64,000 bases of DNA from Bdellovibrionota bacterium (GTDB lineage Bacteria; Bdellovibrionota_C; UBA2361; JBIKUX01). The DNA is taken from positions 25,206 to 89,205 of the forward strand of contig JBIKUX010000006.1 in assembly GCA_044347345.1 (NCBI GenBank). Reading direction: 5' to 3'. The notes below the pieces were generated by a model. It was not told the DNA's origin. It ran no database searches and was given only the letters and a program-made list of their open reading frames with translations. This document shows, piece after piece, positions 27,123 to 36,538 of the stretch. Each line of letters starts with the position of its first letter. The first letter of the stretch is position 1. The position numbers and the translations under genes are program-made.

Positions 27123-30100
27123 CTAGCTGTACTTTTGATCTGGATTGTCGTTATGGTTTCCAGCATCCTCTGGGAATGTAATATCAATTTCATTTGTAAT
27201 CTTTTTACAAGAATTGTCGACAGAGGAGCTACCATCGAGAGACGAACTAACGAGAGATGCGCTAAATTGTAGCTCGTAGAGACGTTTGTACTCGCCGTCT
27301 TTATCCATTAATTCGTCATGTGTTCCTATTTCAACTACTACTCCATCTTTTAAAACAAAAATTCTATTGGCTGAGCGGATTGTTGAGAGACGATGAGCTA
27401 TCACAAGAGTTGTTCTGCCCTTTTCAAGAACCTCTAAGGCTTTTTGAACCTCACGTTCGGAACTATTATCAAGAGATGCTGTTGCTTCATCTAGTATCAG
27501 AATCGGAGATTTACTAATTAAAGCTCGTGCTATAGCGATTCTTTGTCTCTCGCCGCCTGATAAGGTCATTCCACTTTCACCAATAATTGTAAAGAAACCT
27601 AGAGGAAGCTGCTTTATAAATTGATAAGCATAAGCAAGTCGGGCAGCATTCTCTACGTCCTCGAGGGTCGCATCTCTTCTGCCATATCTTATGTTTTCAA
27701 AGATAGAATCCTGAAACAAAAATGTGTGCTGGCTTACCATAGCTATTCTCGAGCGAAGCTCAGAGAGAGAAAGTTTTCTTATATCAATTCCTCCAAGAAG
27801 CAATCGACCCTGAGTTGGATCGATAAAGCGCGGGATTAGATCGACAAGTGTTGATTTCCCTGATCCAGATAGACCAACAAGTGCAATTTTTTCTCCCTCT
27901 TCGATGGACATTGTGACATTGGTAAGGGCTCCTCGGGAGGAAGAACGACTATATGAGAAAGAGATATTTTCAAAAGAAATGCAGTTTGTTTTCGGCATGG
28001 AAACTGGATTTTCTGGTGAAGCTATAGTTACTTGAGCATCGAGCACTTCGAAAATACGATGACTGCCCGCTATGCCTTGTTGTAGTGCACCTGTAACTCG
28101 ACTAAGCTTTTTAAAGGGATCGTACATTAAAAAGACTGCTAGTAAAAAAGCTATAAAGTCACCCTGCGTTCTGCTGCCGGAGATAACTGTAGTACCTCCA
28201 TAGAAGATAATTGTACCAATTGCTATACTAGCTAGCACTTCGTTAATTGGTCCTACAAGAGCTCTAACTTTTTCTGACCGAATTAAGGTTCGAGTAAGAG
28301 AGGAGTTAGCTTGCCGAAAACGTGATTGTTCGTAGTCTTCTGCTGTGAATAATTTTACTATTTTATTGCCGTGAATAGCTTCGCTAAAAAGAGAGGACAG
28401 AGATCCTATAGCTTCCTGACCTTTTCTTGACAGCCTTCTCATCTTCTTTCCAAATGAACTGACTGGAATAATGCCAAGAGGGAATACAATCACTGCAATA
28501 AAAGCGAGAAATGGATCGAGAAAGAAAGCAGCAAAAGTGAGAGCAATTATTCTAACAATATCTCGAAGAATTGCTGATGTAGAATCCGTTAGAAGCGTGC
28601 GCACTAATTGAACATCTGCAGTAGCTCTAGCCAATAAGTCGCCACTGGATTTATCAGAAAAAAAACTCGGACTTAGTAATAATAATTTTTGGTGTAGTTT
28701 GTTTCTAAGGTCTTCAACGACTCGGTGCCCTACTGAATTTTGTAGATATTGTTGGCCAAAATCAACGAAGGCTCGAAAAAAACTAATGCTTACCAAAATA
28801 ATTGGAAAAATTAGTAAAACATCTCTTTGTCCATTTGTTAAAACCTTATCTAAAGCAAATTTAACAATAAACGGAACCGCTCCATCTGTTGCCCCGTAGC
28901 ATACCATACATAATATAGCTAAAATAAATCTGCGCTTGTGTGGTCTTAACAGTTCTAATAAGCGACGGTTCTCAGTGATTAACGGTGGTTTCGTGGCGGC
29001 AAGTTTTAGCGCAGTTTTAGCTACTCGAAGGGCTGCATCCTCTTTTGACTCATTAGAGGTTTCATTAGCTGAGAGATATGAAAGAAGATTTTCGCTTTTA
29101 TCCCTTTCATCGTAGCTAGATAATTGTTTGCGGATTAGAGCTAAATTATCTTCGATCTGCTTTCGGTAAGCATTATCTGTAAGTAATCTGTCTACTTCAT
29201 CTGCAACATTACTGACCGTAAAATCATCTTGTAGAAGTTCTCGAATAGTATTTGGTATAAGTATGTTTACTATGGAGAATTGCTTAAGTGGAGAGAGTTT
29301 TCTTATGATTGTTGCTGAAATTGGATGAACTGCATAGACCATCGCAAAAGGAAGGCCCGCATAGGCGGCTTCAAGGTTGCATGTACCTGACTTTAAAATA
29401 CCGATATCGCTACCGAACAAAACCGTTTTTGTATCTCCTTGCCAAACTATACACCAGTCTAAATGAGGACGAATTAATTCGTAGGTACCGGCGATTAAGT
29501 GGGAAGGAATGGGTATCACTGCTGTAATTGGTTTACCTCTTTTTCTGGCTTCTAAGAGGCCGTTAATTAATATTGGTAAATTCGCGGTAACTTCCTGAGA
29601 ACGGCTACCAGGGAAAATTGATACAACATTGTCGGATGAGGGGATTGCTAAAGTGCGCCGAAGTTCTGAGCTAATTTTTGTTCGCGTAGATGCTACGTCA
29701 TTAGGAAACTTATCCTTAAAAGGGTGCCCTACATAAGAAGTTCGGTAAAACCCATGTTTTGCTAAAAATTCCTTTTCAAAAGGAAATATAGTAGCTACAT
29801 GATGAACGTAGCGGTCGAGAGCACGGACTCGGCTTGGACGAGAAGCCCATAACTTTGGCGGTACATAATATAATACCGGTATTTTTAAATCTCGAGCTTT
29901 TTTTGCAACACGCAGATTAAAAGTTGGAAAATCAATCAAAATAATTACATCTGGTCGCCATGTTCGTAGAGTTTTTGTAATCGTAGAGAACGCCGTAAGA
30001 AGTTGTTTACCAGAGCGGATTACTTCAATAATCCCCATCACCGCACCAGCAGATTCTGAATCAACTACTATATTAATTCCTTGAGCCTTTGAATAGCGTC

Positions 30101-30356
30101 CTCCCATTCCTTTTATTTCGGCGTGCGGCACTAGGCTAAAAATAGCTTGGGCTAACTCTGCTGCTCTTTGGTCTCCTGAAACCTCTCCGGCAATAATAAA
30201 TATCTTAGGTCGGTCACACGCTGAATCTACTGTTTTAGCTAATACAGAATTTTCATCGACAGCTAATCCATCTTTAGCTAAAGGGATTGCGTTATTTGTT
30301 ACACCTGTCTTTGATGTTACTGAGTTTGTCATGCTGATATTTGGCATAAATTTCAA
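27123..30356 (-). CDS. Fusion protein: lipid-A-disaccharide synthase (LpxB) N-terminal domain plus MsbA-like lipid A ABC exporter C-terminal domain
   Basis: N-terminal KIFIIAGEVSGDQRAAELAQAI and IDFPTFNLRVAKKARDLKIPVLYYVPPKLWASRPSRV are LpxB-like. C-terminus has 6 TM helices, Walker A (GLSGSGKST), ABC signature (LSGGERQRIAIARAL) and Walker B (ILILDEATASLD). A single 1077-aa ORF with no internal stop. Confidence 0.8.
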   Translation of the reverse strand: MKFMPNISMTNSVTSKTGVTNNAIPLAKDGLAVDENSVLAKTVDSACDRPKIFIIAGEVSGDQRAAELAQAIFSLVPHAEIKGMGGRYSKAQGINIVVDSESAGAVMGIIEVIRSGKQLLTAFSTITKTLRTWRPDVIILIDFPTFNLRVAKKARDLKIPVLYYVPPKLWASRPSRVRALDRYVHHVATIFPFEKEFLAKHGFYRTSYVGHPFKDKFPNDVASTRTKISSELRRTLAIPSSDNVVSIFPGSRSQEVTANLPILINGLLEARKRGKPITAVIPIPSHLIAGTYELIRPHLDWCIVWQGDTKTVLFGSDIGILKSGTCNLEAAYAGLPFAMVYAVHPISATIIRKLSPLKQFSIVNILIPNTIRELLQDDFTVSNVADEVDRLLTDNAYRKQIEDNLALIRKQLSSYDERDKSENLLSYLSANETSNESKEDAALRVAKTALKLAATKPPLITENRRLLELLRPHKRRFILAILCMVCYGATDGAVPFIVKFALDKVLTNGQRDVLLIFPIILVSISFFRAFVDFGQQYLQNSVGHRVVEDLRNKLHQKLLLLSPSFFSDKSSGDLLARATADVQLVRTLLTDSTSAILRDIVRIIALTFAAFFLDPFLAFIAVIVFPLGIIPVSSFGKKMRRLSRKGQEAIGSLSSLFSEAIHGNKIVKLFTAEDYEQSRFRQANSSLTRTLIRSEKVRALVGPINEVLASIAIGTIIFYGGTTVISGSRTQGDFIAFLLAVFLMYDPFKKLSRVTGALQQGIAGSHRIFEVLDAQVTIASPENPVSMPKTNCISFENISFSYSRSSSRGALTNVTMSIEEGEKIALVGLSGSGKSTLVDLIPRFIDPTQGRLLLGGIDIRKLSLSELRSRIAMVSQHTFLFQDSIFENIRYGRRDATLEDVENAARLAYAYQFIKQLPLGFFTIIGESGMTLSGGERQRIAIARALISKSPILILDEATASLDNSSEREVQKALEVLEKGRTTLVIAHRLSTIRSANRIFVLKDGVVVEIGTHDELMDKDGEYKRLYELQFSASLVSSSLDGSSSVDNSCKKITNEIDITFPEDAGNHNDNPDQKYS

Positions 30357-30596
30357 ATTGAGTACTATTCCCGCAATAATAGCATTATTAAAACAATTCT
30401 ACGACCTGTGACGAGGATACTTTTTGCTTGTGAATGATCTTTCTTGAAAGAGTAAAAAACCTTATTTTTTTGCAGGTTTTATGCTATTTTAAGGATGGTA
30501 ATAGGAATGCTAAGAATGGGTTAAATAGTTTTTTAGCTCACTAAAAAGGGTGTTTAAGTCTGCTCTTAGTTTTTCCTATTTTATAGAGGAGGTAGT

Positions 30597-30875
30597 ATGA
30601 AAACTAATTTACTCGTTTCCAGTGGTATTGTTCGCGCTACGTTAATAACTAGCATAAGTGTAGCGATGATTGGATGTGCTTCAGTAGGTGAAGTTCGTTC
30701 CTTGCGAGATGAGGTTAGGGGTTTGCGTTCAGCACACTCAGAAATATCTCAGGAAGCTCGCAGAGCTGGTGACGCAGCTGAAAAGGCTGAGTTACAAGCT
30801 AAAGAGGCTAACGAAAGGTCTGTCCGTACTGAAGAAATGCTCAATCGGAGCTTTCAAAGGAGGATGTATAAGTAA
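30597..30875 (+). CDS. Braun-lipoprotein (Lpp)-like small coiled-coil lipoprotein
   Basis: Strong SD (AGGAGG) upstream. Signal peptide with lipobox Cys (AMIGCAS). About 60 aa of heptad-like helix (LRDEVRGLRSAHSEISQEARRAGDAAEKAELQAKEANERSV). C-terminal ...RRMYK ends in Lys, as in E. coli Lpp (...TKYRK). Confidence 0.5.
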   Translation: MKTNLLVSSGIVRATLITSISVAMIGCASVGEVRSLRDEVRGLRSAHSEISQEARRAGDAAEKAELQAKEANERSVRTEEMLNRSFQRRMYK

Positions 30876-31977
30876 CACTAACTGATTCAGGAATGCCGTT
30901 AGCGTGGCTGATTAGTCTATCGATTTCTTTGCGAGAAGTTGGAGAAAAACCGCGAGATTGTAGAAGTTGATAAATTTTGTTTGTTTTAACCAATTTGTTA
31001 AAGGTTAAAGTTGAACTTTGTACCTGACTTGAACCTGACAGCGTTGAGTCTCGGGGCTGTTCACGTTGAAAATGATGTGATTGATTAACTGGTTGGTGAG
31101 TGATGTTGGGAAAGTTAGAATCGTCCTGTGATAAATCAGGATGAATTTCGACAAATACGGAGTTATGTCGCTCACCAACCTTGATTTGTTCGTCAATAAT
31201 TGTAACTTTTGTTCCTAGAGTTACCACAGCGAATAATTGGGCTATATCCTCAGGATACATTCGGATGCAGCCGTGAGTAACTAAAAGACCGATACCCATG
31301 GCTTTCTCAAGATTAGTTCCGTGAATAAGATAAGTGCTGTTACTTAGTCGTAAAGCAAATTGTCCAAGGGGGTTGTTGGGTGAACCGCCCTTAATGATAG
31401 TGGGGAGCGTATATCCGCCGGCAAGTGCTTCACGGTGAAGTGAGGGCGGAGGAATCCAATCTGGATGAACTATCTTTTCGGTTATTATTTTAACCCCCAG
31501 CGGTGTCTCCCAACCTTCTCTACCGAGGCTAACCGGAAAAGTCATTACATCTGTAGAATCATCACCTTTTGGAAAATAATACAAGCGCATTTCAGCTCTG
31601 TTAAGTATTATGCCGGTGCGTGGTCCAGGGGGTAGAACATACATTTGCGGGATTTTAACCTTAGTTCCGTCACCAGGAAGCCATACCGAAATATTTGGAT
31701 TAGCCTGTACAATCTGTTTAAATCCAAGATCGTATCTGCGAGCTATGACTGGTAATGTATCTTCCTTGGATGCTGTAATAAAAAATTTATTACCAATGAC
31801 GGATTCCTTAGGTGAATTTAAGTTAAAAGTTTCAGCAAGGGCAAATTTTTTACTATTATCCGAAATCAAATTAATGCTGATTAATATTGCCAAAACCACT
31901 AAACTGACTCGTAGTATGTGATTAATTAATAATATTACCGTTAGATTACTTAATAGATTCTTCATTAGTTTTTTCAT
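30841..31977 (-). CDS. L,D-transpeptidase (LysM plus YkuD domains)
   Basis: LysM-like DTLPVIARRYDLGFKQIVQANPNISVWLPGDGTKVKIP. YkuD catalytic motif LVTHGCIRMYPEDIAQLF (H...C). Confidence 0.8.
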   Translation of the reverse strand: MKKLMKNLLSNLTVILLINHILRVSLVVLAILISINLISDNSKKFALAETFNLNSPKESVIGNKFFITASKEDTLPVIARRYDLGFKQIVQANPNISVWLPGDGTKVKIPQMYVLPPGPRTGIILNRAEMRLYYFPKGDDSTDVMTFPVSLGREGWETPLGVKIITEKIVHPDWIPPPSLHREALAGGYTLPTIIKGGSPNNPLGQFALRLSNSTYLIHGTNLEKAMGIGLLVTHGCIRMYPEDIAQLFAVVTLGTKVTIIDEQIKVGERHNSVFVEIHPDLSQDDSNFPNITHQPVNQSHHFQREQPRDSTLSGSSQVQSSTLTFNKLVKTNKIYQLLQSRGFSPTSRKEIDRLISHANGIPESVSVTYTSSFESSD

Positions 31978-33292
31978 CTAATGCGGAGGAATACTCGAGC
32001 TTTATGTTAAGTAGTGAGCTATACAAAGAGATAAGTGTCTCTCGAAAAGCTCTTTGAGAGTATTTATTGTCCGCCAAATTTTTTGCAGCTTCGCCAAGAG
32101 CTTTGCACCGCACTGGATTATTAAGGAGCGAGTTTATTCCCTCAGCAAGTGCATGTGAACTAACTTCGGTCAAAACTGCTGATTGATTGTCGATTATTTG
32201 CAAGTGACTTTCAATAGCTGTGGCTATAATTGGTTTGCCGGCGGCTAGATAAGAATAAAGTTTCATAGGTGTGTTGGTACCGTAGCGTCTTGGAGATACT
32301 AAAATATCGGCTTGAGCTAGGAGATATGGAAGTTCTGGTAAAGGCCGTGGTCCTAAGAGATGAATTTTATTTTGTGCATCTGATGGTAAGGATCTAATTA
32401 AATTCTTTGTTCGTTCTATGTCAGCCAAAGTTCCGCCGATAAGGACTAAATGGGCATTTTCGTTGATGTTTTGCCACGCTTGGACAAGTAAATCAGTGCC
32501 TTGGTATGGCTCAAAATTTCCTACATATAATACAATCATAGAATCGGCAGGAGCCTGAATTAAAGATTGAATATTAGGATGATTGTTATTTTGTGAGTTA
32601 TTGGACGGAATAGCAAAATCACGAAGTATAACTACTTTTGGTGTATTAGCCGAATAGGCTACTTTTGCCAATGAATCACATACTGCAATAGTGGCTAGAG
32701 AGTCACACATTATCTGACTTTCTATTCGCTTGAGTATTTGCTCTCCCGGACCTACCCACCACCACTTAGCGCGCACAAGTTCAGATAAATGCGAGTCCAT
32801 ATCGTAAATGTAAGGTATTTTAAATAGACGCATGAGTATCCAGCCTATACCCGCTGCTTCCTCAACCCCGTGTACGAGGGTATAGGGAAAATTACTTGCT
32901 TTGTTTTGCCGCATAAGTTGTACAGCAGCTTTAAGGAGATAGAGGTCAGCAACACATTTTTTTATTGAGACACCTGGTCTCATATTCTTGAGGAAATTGC
33001 TCACAACTGAAGGAGGTTTTATTCGATGAATTATTAATCTTGGATGAAAAATAGGCTCACCCTCTGCTACTGTTAGTATGTCAATGTAAAGTGTTGGAAA
33101 GCAGGCTAGTAACTCCTCAACAAGTTGCTTTACTGCGATAGGAGTACCGCGCTCAGTATAAAAGGGCTGAGGCGCAATTAGAAGAATCCGTCTTCTGCTG
33201 AGGGTATCTTTAAGGCCATTTATCATCTGTTTAGTAAGCGACTCTATATACACTGGTTTGGGCAGTATCAGCGAGTATGTTACTGTTAGCAA
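31946..33292 (-). CDS. Glycosyltransferase family 1 (GT4-like)
   Basis: C-terminal Glycos_transf_1 region (SPRRYGTNTPMKLYSYLAAGKPIIATAIESHLQII). Confidence 0.7.
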   Translation of the reverse strand: MLTVTYSLILPKPVYIESLTKQMINGLKDTLSRRRILLIAPQPFYTERGTPIAVKQLVEELLACFPTLYIDILTVAEGEPIFHPRLIIHRIKPPSVVSNFLKNMRPGVSIKKCVADLYLLKAAVQLMRQNKASNFPYTLVHGVEEAAGIGWILMRLFKIPYIYDMDSHLSELVRAKWWWVGPGEQILKRIESQIMCDSLATIAVCDSLAKVAYSANTPKVVILRDFAIPSNNSQNNNHPNIQSLIQAPADSMIVLYVGNFEPYQGTDLLVQAWQNINENAHLVLIGGTLADIERTKNLIRSLPSDAQNKIHLLGPRPLPELPYLLAQADILVSPRRYGTNTPMKLYSYLAAGKPIIATAIESHLQIIDNQSAVLTEVSSHALAEGINSLLNNPVRCKALGEAAKNLADNKYSQRAFRETLISLYSSLLNIKLEYSSALDEKTNEESIK

Positions 33293-33333
33293 AGTTTGTC
33301 ATTGTTTAAGTTAATTCTTTATGAGGTGATACC

Positions 33334-34086
33334 TTGCTTGAGGCTCCTGATATTCATAGTGGAAGTATTGAGTATGCTTCTCGTTTTTCTGGCTTAGTTG
33401 GAGCTTGGATGCTTGACGTTCAGTGGCACGCTATTAACAAGCTTATTGCTCTAACGGTGCCCCCGCCTGGACCAGTTTTAGATATAGGAGGAGGTCACGG
33501 CCAGCTTGCTATGCGCTTAGCTAAAGCAGGATATGATGTCACAGTTTTAGTTTCTAACTTTTCAGCATGGGAGAACTTAAGACAAGAAATAAACGGCTTG
33601 GAATCAGAAGCTGATAAGCTGGCCTCTGAGCGGCTAACCATAGTTGAAGGATTAATTCATCGACCCAGCGAACTCTTTTCTCCTGACTCGTATCCTTTAG
33701 TTTTAGCCGTACGAATATTATCTCATTTAGAGCAATGGGAGACCTTTCTAAAAGAGATGTGTTTGGTGGCAAGAAAACAAGTAGTTTTTGATTATCCGTC
33801 GAACATGAGCATAAATCTTCTCAAAGAAATGTTATTTACAATGAAAAAAAGAGTTGAGGGTAACACTCGAAGTTTTTTGGTATTTGACGATAATGAAATT
33901 GAAAAAGCCATTAAAAGTTCTAATTACACTATAGCCAAAAAGTATCGGCAGTTTTTTTTGCCTATGGCGCTTCATCGTTTCATTCAAGTGTCTGAAGTAA
34001 GTAAAACCCTAGAAAAAATTGCCCATTCGGTAGGTATTACGCCACTTTTCGGTTCTCCAGTGGTGCTTTCTGCTGTTGCAAGTTAG
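33334..34086 (+). CDS. Class I SAM-dependent methyltransferase
   Basis: Motif I VLDIGGGHGQLAMRLAKAGYDVTVL. Confidence 0.6.
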   Translation: MLEAPDIHSGSIEYASRFSGLVGAWMLDVQWHAINKLIALTVPPPGPVLDIGGGHGQLAMRLAKAGYDVTVLVSNFSAWENLRQEINGLESEADKLASERLTIVEGLIHRPSELFSPDSYPLVLAVRILSHLEQWETFLKEMCLVARKQVVFDYPSNMSINLLKEMLFTMKKRVEGNTRSFLVFDDNEIEKAIKSSNYTIAKKYRQFFLPMALHRFIQVSEVSKTLEKIAHSVGITPLFGSPVVLSAVAS

Positions 34087-34122
34087 ACTTATGGTTAAAA
34101 ACTACGCTGGAGGTATCAATAT

Positions 34123-34575
34123 ATGAATAAAACTTATGTTTGTCGGCAGTTATTTACAGTCTTTGTTTTCAGTGTAGCCTTAAGTGCTTGTACCGCTAGT
34201 CAGAACCCATTTGTAGCATCTAGTCGCCCGAGTTTGTATCCTAATGAGCACCTTCAAAAAGTGGGAATGCAGCGAGCAAATGCTGATATTGACGAATGTA
34301 TGGCACTAGCTGACCAATATGCAGAGCAGCCTTCTCAGTGGCAAGAGGCATTAAAAAGTTCAGCCAAAGGAGCTGTTGCTGGAACTGCGGTTGGAGCTGT
34401 GGGTGGTTCAGTATTTAGTAAAGCGGGTAGAGGTGCTGGTGCTGGTGCTGCTGTAGGAGGTATGTTAGGACTCTTAAGTGAATTAAATAATATGGGCAAT
34501 AGAACTCCTTCTTATGAAAGATTTACGGAATACTGCTTACAAAAGAAAGGTTATGAAATCACTGGTTGGAGGTAG
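34123..34575 (+). CDS. Glycine-zipper outer-membrane lipoprotein (SlyB / 17-kDa-antigen-like)
   Basis: Lipobox LSACTAS. Gly-zipper GAVAGTAVGAVGGSVFSKAGRGAGAGAAVGGMLGLL. Confidence 0.6.
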   Translation: MNKTYVCRQLFTVFVFSVALSACTASQNPFVASSRPSLYPNEHLQKVGMQRANADIDECMALADQYAEQPSQWQEALKSSAKGAVAGTAVGAVGGSVFSKAGRGAGAGAAVGGMLGLLSELNNMGNRTPSYERFTEYCLQKKGYEITGWR

Positions 34576-34590
34576 TTTAATCAGGATAGG

Positions 34591-35679
34591 TTATTTTAAG
34601 ACAGATAAATCTAGCAAAATTCCTTGATGGTCAGAACCTTCAATAGGTACCACTGAAAACTCATATTCAATGGTACCTTTCTTAAATCCATGTATAAGTG
34701 CGTGATCAATAGGAAGCATAGATAAAATTGTTAAACCGCTTTTTGTTGTAAATGGCGACCAAGTTGGCTTAAGGCCGTAACCTATTCGAGTATCCTGAAA
34801 TTGCGAATTATGAATAAAGCGTTTAAAGGATGGGGTCCAGATTGGAGTGTTAAAGTCACCAATTGCAATGGTGGGCCGGTTTTTAGATTTAACGTAGTTT
34901 GCTAAATAATCAAGATGAAGTTGTCGGTTTTTCCAGCCTGAGTAAGTGATGGGGTTTTTAGTATGAAGCCCTAGAAGATGAATGTTGACTCCGTTCATCG
35001 TAAGTAGTGCCTCTACCATAGGAGGCAAAGTTTTTTCTAAAGTGATTATTCTTGAATAATTTACAAAAATGTTTTCTTCTTTACAAAATAATCCAATACC
35101 GTATCCATTTACAATGCTTCGACGAGTGACCAGCTTTTTATGCTGAGGTAGAAATTTTTTGATGGCATCAGTCCATTTTTTGTTTAACTCCATAGCAACA
35201 AAACAATCGGGATTTAATTCAGCTATTTGACCAGTCACCGTGCGATAGGCTGTATTTGGTCTGAGAAGATTAGTAGATAAGAGTCGCAGTGGCTTTGCAA
35301 TTTTTACGGGCGTCGTTTCACTCTTTAAACTTGTAAATTTTATTCTACTTAAGGCGTTTGCAGATGTTGGTATGTAAGGGCTAATTTGAATTAAACAAAT
35401 AACAATTGTTAAGCAATATAGAAGAACAGATATAGGTGATATTTTTGTACGCCTTTGTGGTAGAACACAGAAAAACATTACGCATAATGACAGAGGAATG
35501 AAAAATGGATAAAAATTAGCTAACAGTTCGCTTAAAAAAGTAATAGGCGTAATTAACGGAAAGAGAGAACTTAAAAATAGGGTCCATGCTGATATTGAGA
35601 TTAAGTTGGATTTTCTAAACGAAGCATGAAATGCTAGCTGCTTTGTGAATGATAAAAGTCTTATAATTTTAGTGCTCAA
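34591..35679 (-). CDS. Endonuclease/exonuclease/phosphatase (EEP) family protein with N-terminal TM segments
   Basis: Three N-terminal hydrophobic helices. C-terminal EEP catalytic region ending IEGSDHQGILLDLSV (SDH motif). Confidence 0.55.
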   Translation of the reverse strand: MSTKIIRLLSFTKQLAFHASFRKSNLISISAWTLFLSSLFPLITPITFLSELLANFYPFFIPLSLCVMFFCVLPQRRTKISPISVLLYCLTIVICLIQISPYIPTSANALSRIKFTSLKSETTPVKIAKPLRLLSTNLLRPNTAYRTVTGQIAELNPDCFVAMELNKKWTDAIKKFLPQHKKLVTRRSIVNGYGIGLFCKEENIFVNYSRIITLEKTLPPMVEALLTMNGVNIHLLGLHTKNPITYSGWKNRQLHLDYLANYVKSKNRPTIAIGDFNTPIWTPSFKRFIHNSQFQDTRIGYGLKPTWSPFTTKSGLTILSMLPIDHALIHGFKKGTIEYEFSVVPIEGSDHQGILLDLSVLK

Positions 35680-35830
35680 GTTATCTGTACATTATAAACA
35701 TTAGCCTTCTAAGTAACCTTTTACAATTACGACTACAATCAAGGCTACAGGTAAAAATGAAACAAAAATCAAAAATAGCTTCAAAAATATATTGTATTGT
35801 AGGATTCTTAGTAAGGTAAATTAAATTGAT

Positions 35831-36538
35831 TTATGGTACTACAGCAATTGTTCCTACAATTGTAGCTGAACCTGGAATTTGGCTCCAAGTCCCATTTGCA
35901 CTACCCCTTGCAATCGCTGTTAGTCTGAATCTGACTGGTGTCGTCATTATGTTACCAGAATCAAGAGTTTGACCGGATTGATCTTCTCCTAAAGCTTCTT
36001 GTTCTAATCTCTCAACTTGAACCCACTGACTTAATCCTTGATTATTTGAAATCAGATAATCAGGAGGAGTATCTGGACGAGCTTGTAATTGTCGGTGTAT
36101 TGGTTGAGCCAAAGAAACAGTTGTTGCATAGTCTCCAGCAAACGGTCCGATATTTTTAACTAAACCACCAGAATAGGGGTACATATTTCGATGACAACCT
36201 GGACTGTTGATCTCACAGTGAGGAATGCCGTTTTGATCCTGCGCACTGAGGGGGCTGTAAGCCTGATAGTTTAATGGAGAATCAAGAGTTTGTAACGCAT
36301 CCCACTGTTTTGCATTCGAGGCAATTTGAGCTGCTTGGCTATAAAGAGCTCCCTCAGCAGCGGCAAATAATTGCGCAGACTGCTCGTAATTATTTGATGT
36401 TTGCAGCATATTTCTGCCCATGAGGCTGACTACGGCAGCAACCATCACCATAGTAACAAGAAAAAAAAGAGCTACTGGCAGGGCAAACCCGGATTGCTGT
36501 GATACTTTCAGGAGCTTATTATCAGCATCGGTGATCAT
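35831..36538 (-). CDS. Minor pseudopilin, GspK/PilX-like
   Basis: N-terminal QQSGFALPVALFFLVTMVMVAAVV hydrophobic segment, without Glu at +5 (typical of GspK/PilX). Last gene of the pseudopilin operon. Confidence 0.5.
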   Translation of the reverse strand: MITDADNKLLKVSQQSGFALPVALFFLVTMVMVAAVVSLMGRNMLQTSNNYEQSAQLFAAAEGALYSQAAQIASNAKQWDALQTLDSPLNYQAYSPLSAQDQNGIPHCEINSPGCHRNMYPYSGGLVKNIGPFAGDYATTVSLAQPIHRQLQARPDTPPDYLISNNQGLSQWVQVERLEQEALGEDQSGQTLDSGNIMTTPVRFRLTAIARGSANGTWSQIPGSATIVGTIAVVP

